This document shows, piece by piece, positions 59,029 to 64,000 of a stretch of DNA of 64,000 nucleotides. Location: contig NC_043006.1 in assembly GCF_006345805.1 (NCBI RefSeq), positions 45,508,001 to 45,572,000 on the forward strand. The letters run 5' to 3'. How positions within the stretch are numbered: position 1 is the stretch's first letter; every line of letters begins with the position of its first letter. Position numbers and translations under genes: made by a program. The notes below the pieces were generated by a model. That model was not told the DNA's origin and made no database searches. It worked only from the letters and a program-made list of their open reading frames with translations. This DNA comes from Octopus sinensis. Its lineage: Eukaryota.

Positions 59029-60239
59029 AATTCAGAAATTCTGAATGAAATCCTTACTTTTCAATCTAATTGTATGTGCAATAAATAAATTAAGACTTTG
59101 AATAGAAAGGAAACAGAAAAATACTTATGTATATGTGTGTGTGTGGTTTTTGTTTGTCATATTTAGCTTGATAACATCAATAATAGGACCAAGATATTTG
59201 GTTCACATATTAAAGAAATCCTGATTTTAGGAGTGTGAGCTTTGTTGTATGGTATTTCAGAAAAAAAAATCTCTGTGTGAAAAAGTGCACAGAAGTTGGG
59301 TAGGTAGAGGTTTAAGTGTATTGGAGTCGGTGGGATGAAGCCTTCAATTAACTAACATTCTGTGAATAAAAATAAATTTTAAAAAAGTCATTTGTTGGAA
59401 CAGCGATCTTAGAAGAAGTGAAAAGACTGCAAACTTCAGTAAATAATGGCAAGTTGAGTTTCATGTGTGAGCCAAGAACCTGACTATGCTTTAGATAAAT
59501 GAAATGCAGTTTAATCACTTGGAAGTTTTAAGGAAGAGGTATAACAATGTTGAAATAGCTTTCTTTATACAGAGAAAACTGAAAAGATCTACGTAGGATC
59601 TAATAGGTATATTTTATATATGAAAAGTCATAAATGTGTAAATAATAGACGGAAACTATGCCATTTACAGATGATTATTAGGAGTAGGTTGTTACTTTGG
59701 TTGATTTTAAGTTCTTTATATATCGTGCTTTATATAAAAAAAGAAGCGATTGTATTATATCTGACAGCACTGTACATTTTTTTTTTTATATTCATTTATG
59801 GTTTTTGACTGCAGCATTCTTTGTATATGGGCTGCTTGAATTGTTAAGTAGGACAGCAACGTAGTTTACAACCATACTTCCAGAAATCTACTACTCTCAC
59901 TAATGTTACTTCACAATCAAAACTATTTACATGTGTCACCCCCACATCTGTCTCTCTCTCTCTCTCTTTCTCTGTCTCTCAAGTTGTTTTCTCAAAGTTA
60001 TAATCCAATGATTTCTTTCTTTTATTATTTTTCAACCTATTTTTTCAATGACACAAGCACCACTCCAAGCCCGATAGTTTGATATGTGGCACTTTCGGTT
60101 GATTTTAATTTAGAACTTTATTTCATCAATACTGTCCAAGCTTATTGATTCAACAACAGCAAAAAAAAATGAAAATTTTGCTATTGAATGGTGGACTACT
60201 TACTTCCATTGAGCCTGGAAGTGAAATTAGTGTATAAGG

Positions 60240-60425
60240 CAGTGGTTCCGAACCTTTTTAATATCCGGGCCAGATTCAAAACCTTGATTTGGAGGAGGGG
60301 GTGGGGAAGGGATGCACCCAGAAACCAAAACACAAGTCAGTTAAATAAAAATTTATTATATTTGTTGTGAGAAGACCATCAGTGGGGTCACATGTGGCCC
60401 TAGGAGTCACTGTTGAGAATCGCTG
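60240..60425. mobile_element. hAT-type MITE with 8-bp TSD
   Basis: CAGTGGTTCCGAAC...GTTGAGAATCGCTG; flanks GTATAAGG and GTATATGG (7/8). Confidence 0.8.
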
Positions 60426-60514
60426 GTATATGGTTTTCAAGGAAGAATACACTGAAGTGAGAAATGAGATTCCACAACTATTTCAAGATTCATAAGACTG
60501 CATTATGTAGTACT

Positions 60515-60790
60515 TGTACGGTTTGTATGTTGCGTTCTTGAGCAAGACACTTTATTTCACATTGCTCCAGTTCACTCAGCTTGTGCCAAGCTGTATTGGC
60601 CTTTGTCACTGGTGCCAAAAGCTGTATTACTCTTTGTTTATCTCTTGGATAATTTCGGTGGCATGGAGAGATGAGGCTGGTATGCATGGGTGACTGTTGG
60701 TCTTCTATAAAACAGCCTTGAGCCTGATATGGGAAATTTCTGAATGCAATCCCATGGTCATTCATGACCAAAGGGAGTCTTTACCCTTTA
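60515..60790 (+). mobile_element. SINE family C, 5'-truncated
   Basis: TTCTTGAGCAAGACACTTTATTTCACATTGCTCCAG...CATGACCAAAGGGAGTCT. Confidence 0.8.
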
Positions 60791-60914
60791 CCCTACTGTT
60801 TTTATCACCAGGATGAACCTTACTCTATCTTTGGTGCCTGTTTGCTAGTGAGGGTTAAATGTTTTAATCAAGGGCACTACACATATAGGTGAGAGCAAGT
60901 CAGGTGATCAGGCT

Positions 60915-61312
60915 ACCTTGTTAGAATACCTGATACAACTCCCCAAGAAACTGTTTTACTGCAAACTGGCAGAAGGCAAGCGCACATAAGGTGGACAGAA
61001 AAAGCACTTCAAGGACACATTCAAAGCCTCTCTGAAAAGCTTTGAGATCAACCCTCAGCACTTGGGGAAGGCAAGCACAGGACTACCCTGCTTGGCGAAG
61101 ATGCATCAACAGTGGTGCCACTTCCTATGAACTAAATAGGATTGTATGGGGCATAAAGAAAATGTGTACCATACAAGTCTATAGCCAACTCTTTGTCTTT
61201 AGTCCCAAAAGACCACCAGTGCTTGACCTACAGCAGAGACTTCCGATCATGCATCAGAGTGATTGGCCACAGCTAAACATGTCATGCTTGGTCTTCTTCT
61301 TCCATATGATGT
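60915..61312 (+). pseudogene. RTE-clade LINE ORF C-terminus and 3' UTR relic
   Basis: Frameshifted translation QLPKKLFYCKLAEGKRT*GGQKKHFKDTFKASLKSFEINP / AQDYPAWRRCINSGATSYELNRI matches RLPKxxFYGELxxGKRxxGGQKKRFKDTLKASLK. Confidence 0.85.
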
Positions 61313-61327
61313 CCTTGATCATTAATA

Positions 61328-61533
61328 CTCTTTTTTTGTTTCAGTCATTTGACTGCGGCCACGCTGGAGCACCGCCTTTAGTCGAGCAAATCGACCCCAG
61401 GACTTATTCTTTGTTAGCCTAGTACTTATTCTATTGTTCTCTTTTGCCGAACTGCTAAGCTACGGAAATGTAAACACACCAGCATTGGTTGTCAAGTGAT
61501 GTTGGAGGGACAAACACAGGCACAATCAAACAC

Positions 61534-61576
<43 letters not shown>

Positions 61577-61740
61577 TATACGATGGGCTTCTTTCAGTTT
61601 CCGTCTACCAATTCCACTCACAAGACTTTGATCGGCTTGAGGCTATAGTAGAAGACACTTGCCCAAGGTGCCACACAGTGGGACTGAACCCGGAACCATG
61701 TGTTTCGTAAGAAAGCTACTTACTTACACAGCCACTCCTC
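61328..61740 (-). mobile_element. SINE family A, full length
   Basis: Matches the family A consensus. Confidence 0.9.
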
Positions 61741-62084
61741 ATTGCTAATAACAAACTAATAATAAAGCTCACAAGATACAAACCAGCAAACCTTTTGCTG
61801 ATTCCTTATTATTCTTTGTTTTCTGCAGCTCTGTATTATGTATTAGTTTGTAAATCAGAAGACCTGGTGCTCATCAGCCTCTCATATATGTTCTCAAGTT
61901 AATATACATGGAGACAATTTAATTAAAAAATTGAGATAAATTCTAGTTCTAAAGATTTATAAAAATAATATCTAATTTTAATTGGTGCAATTCATTTGTT
62001 ATACTCCTCCTCCTTACCATCGTCCTCCTCCTCACCATTGTCTTCTTCCTTACCATCCTCTTCCCCCTTACCATCCTCACCACC

Positions 62085-62480
62085 ACCACCATCACCGTCT
62101 AACGTCCAAGTTCCATGCCAGCATGCTTGGCTGGTTTGACAGGATCTGATGGATCCAAGGACTGCATTGTGCTCTAGTGTCTGGTCTGACATCGCCTCTA
62201 CAGTTGGATGCCCTTCCTAATGCCAACCACTTTACTTTGCATACAGGGTGCATTTTATGCGGCACTAGTTCTGTCGAGGTTGCCATGCAGCTTACAAGTC
62301 TTGCAAATTCCAAGAAGTGGGAGGTGTCCTTATATAAGATAAGGGTTAAGGTATGAGAGAAGGGGTTGGGATAGAGGAGATTTTTGTTGCAGAGGAGCTA
62401 CATAGCCACTCATACTTAAAGGAGATTGTGAGAATGAATCCGTAATATCCCTGAAGAGATAAATAGGGGTGATGTGGTGT
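62085..62480 (-). mobile_element. Family D repeat, extended, preceded by a (CCT/CCA)n tract
   Basis: GGATGCCCTTCCTAATGCCAACCAC and extended region similar to 23440-23580. Confidence 0.75.
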
Positions 62481-62515
62481 CCAGGTGGGGGTGAATAGAG
62501 ACAGAAAAACTAAGA

Positions 62516-62892
62516 TGTGCAGGCATGGTTAAGTGGTAAGAAGTCTACTTTCCAACTACATGGTTCTGGGTTCAGTCCCACTGTGTGACACCTTGGGCAA
62601 ATGTCTTCTACTATAGCTTCAGGCTGACCAAAGCCTTGGGAGTGAATTTGGTTGATGGAAACTGAAAGAAGTCCTTCTTGTATGTGTGTCTGTGTTTGTA
62701 CCCCTGCCACTATTTGACAACTGGTGTTGGTGTGTTTCTGTTCCCATAACTTAGCAGTTTAGCAAAAGAGACCGATAGAATGAGTACCATGTTTTATAAA
62801 AGATAATAAGTACTGAGGTCAATTTGTATGACTAAAATTCTCCAAGGCAGTGCCCCAGCATGGCCACAGTCTAATGACTGAAACAAGTAAAA
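62516..62892 (+). mobile_element. SINE family A
   Basis: Head and tail recognisable. Confidence 0.85.
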
Positions 62893-63499
62893 CATATAAG
62901 TGAATGTGTAGGGGTTAGGCGTTGGAAGAGATAGGAGGAATGGGAAAGGAGGAGGAGGAGGTAGGCAGCATCTGTAAAGATTGAAAAGGGTTGTCTCTTG
63001 ATATTAGATACATTTAGGACATTAGACTAGTGCTCTGCAGTATTGTACAAGGAATCAAACCCACAACCATAAGGGTTTGGCTTCGATAGCTTGTCTTGGT
63101 GACACATTGTGTTCTTGAGCAAGGCATTTCATTTTGCATTGCTCTGGTACAGTGCTCTGCAACTTTTTATCACTTGCAATACACTTATATTCTTCACAAA
63201 ATTTGGCGGCACACCTGAACTAAAAGTATTGGGAAAAAATCATATTCCGGTTACACTGTGGCACACCTAGCATCATTTTGTACACCTGTGTGCCACAGCA
63301 TGCTGGTTGTGGAGTATTGGTCTAGTATACTCAGCTGAAAGAGTGTTAGTTAAGTGGTGCAGCACTTCCTCCAGCTGTTGTTTCCTGGATGTTCTGCTTG
63401 GTTAACGGGAAGGATGGTTGAGAGGGTGATTATGTCTGCTCATGTCTACCTACATTTGTAAGTAAAACAATAAAAACCTGTTAACTGCTGGTAAAGTAA

Positions 63500-63748
63500 A
63501 GGTTCCCTTCTCAAATCACTTCCAACTCACAAGGACCAGTTTCCTGGTTTCCATGGCATATATATTTCCCACCTGGATGGGATGCCGGTCCATTGCAGGA
63601 TTACTCATGTTTGCCAGCTGAGTGGACTGGAGCAACATGAAATGAAGTGTTTTGCTCAAGAACACAATGCATTGCCTGGTTCAAAAATCAAAACCACAAT
63701 CTTATGATCATGAATCCAACAGCCCTAACCACTTAGCCACATGCCTCC
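63500..63748 (-). mobile_element. SINE family C/F-type
   Basis: CCCTAACCACTTAGCCACATGCCTCC head; GGATGGGATGCCGGTCCATTGCAGG body. Confidence 0.75.
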
Positions 63749-64000
63749 AACTTAATTATGCAACCGTAATATTACTACCAAGTATATTAAAGGTTTGTTA
63801 GTCATTACCCATGTCCTACTTGTGTTAGCAGTGCAATTCGATCACTTTTTAAAGTTATCTCTACAGATTTTACTATACAAATTAGAGTCAGCACTGTAAT
63901 GTTTTGAACATGACTAAGTCTTATATAATCAGTGTGGTCAAAGATAGAGAAATAAGTAATGAGTGTATATGCTTATTTCAGGAATTCTTGCTCTTTCTTC

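Overview
AT-rich, repeat-saturated animal genomic DNA. The SINE families and microsatellite load point to an octopod cephalopod; this is inferred from remembered repeat consensuses, not from a search. No intact protein-coding gene or functional tRNA/rRNA gene can be supported. The ORF-track ORFs I could trace come from microsatellites, SINEs or decayed transposons. T-skew and long polypyrimidine tracts on the + strand suggest a very long intron of a + strand gene, with one plausible 48-nt exon at 34682-34729. The window holds several SINE families, given working labels A, B (MetaSINE-like), C (CORE-like), F and D (RTE-type tail); 'SINE' is partly inferred for D, where no tRNA head is seen in most copies. 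It also holds MITEs (piggyBac-type TTAA-CCC, Tc1/mariner, pogo/Tigger, hAT) and LINE relics (RTE, CR1/Jockey-group RT, and a Dong/R4 3' end sitting in (TAA)n). The most notable signal is a set of minimal type I hammerhead-ribozyme motifs with palindromic stem III, found in several unrelated non-autonomous repeats. One of these is a tRNA-headed SINE-like element present as an inverted pair (37715-38211). The layout resembles Penelope-like-element/retrozyme biology. Coordinates were counted by eye, so repeat boundaries are approximate to a few or a few tens of bases.
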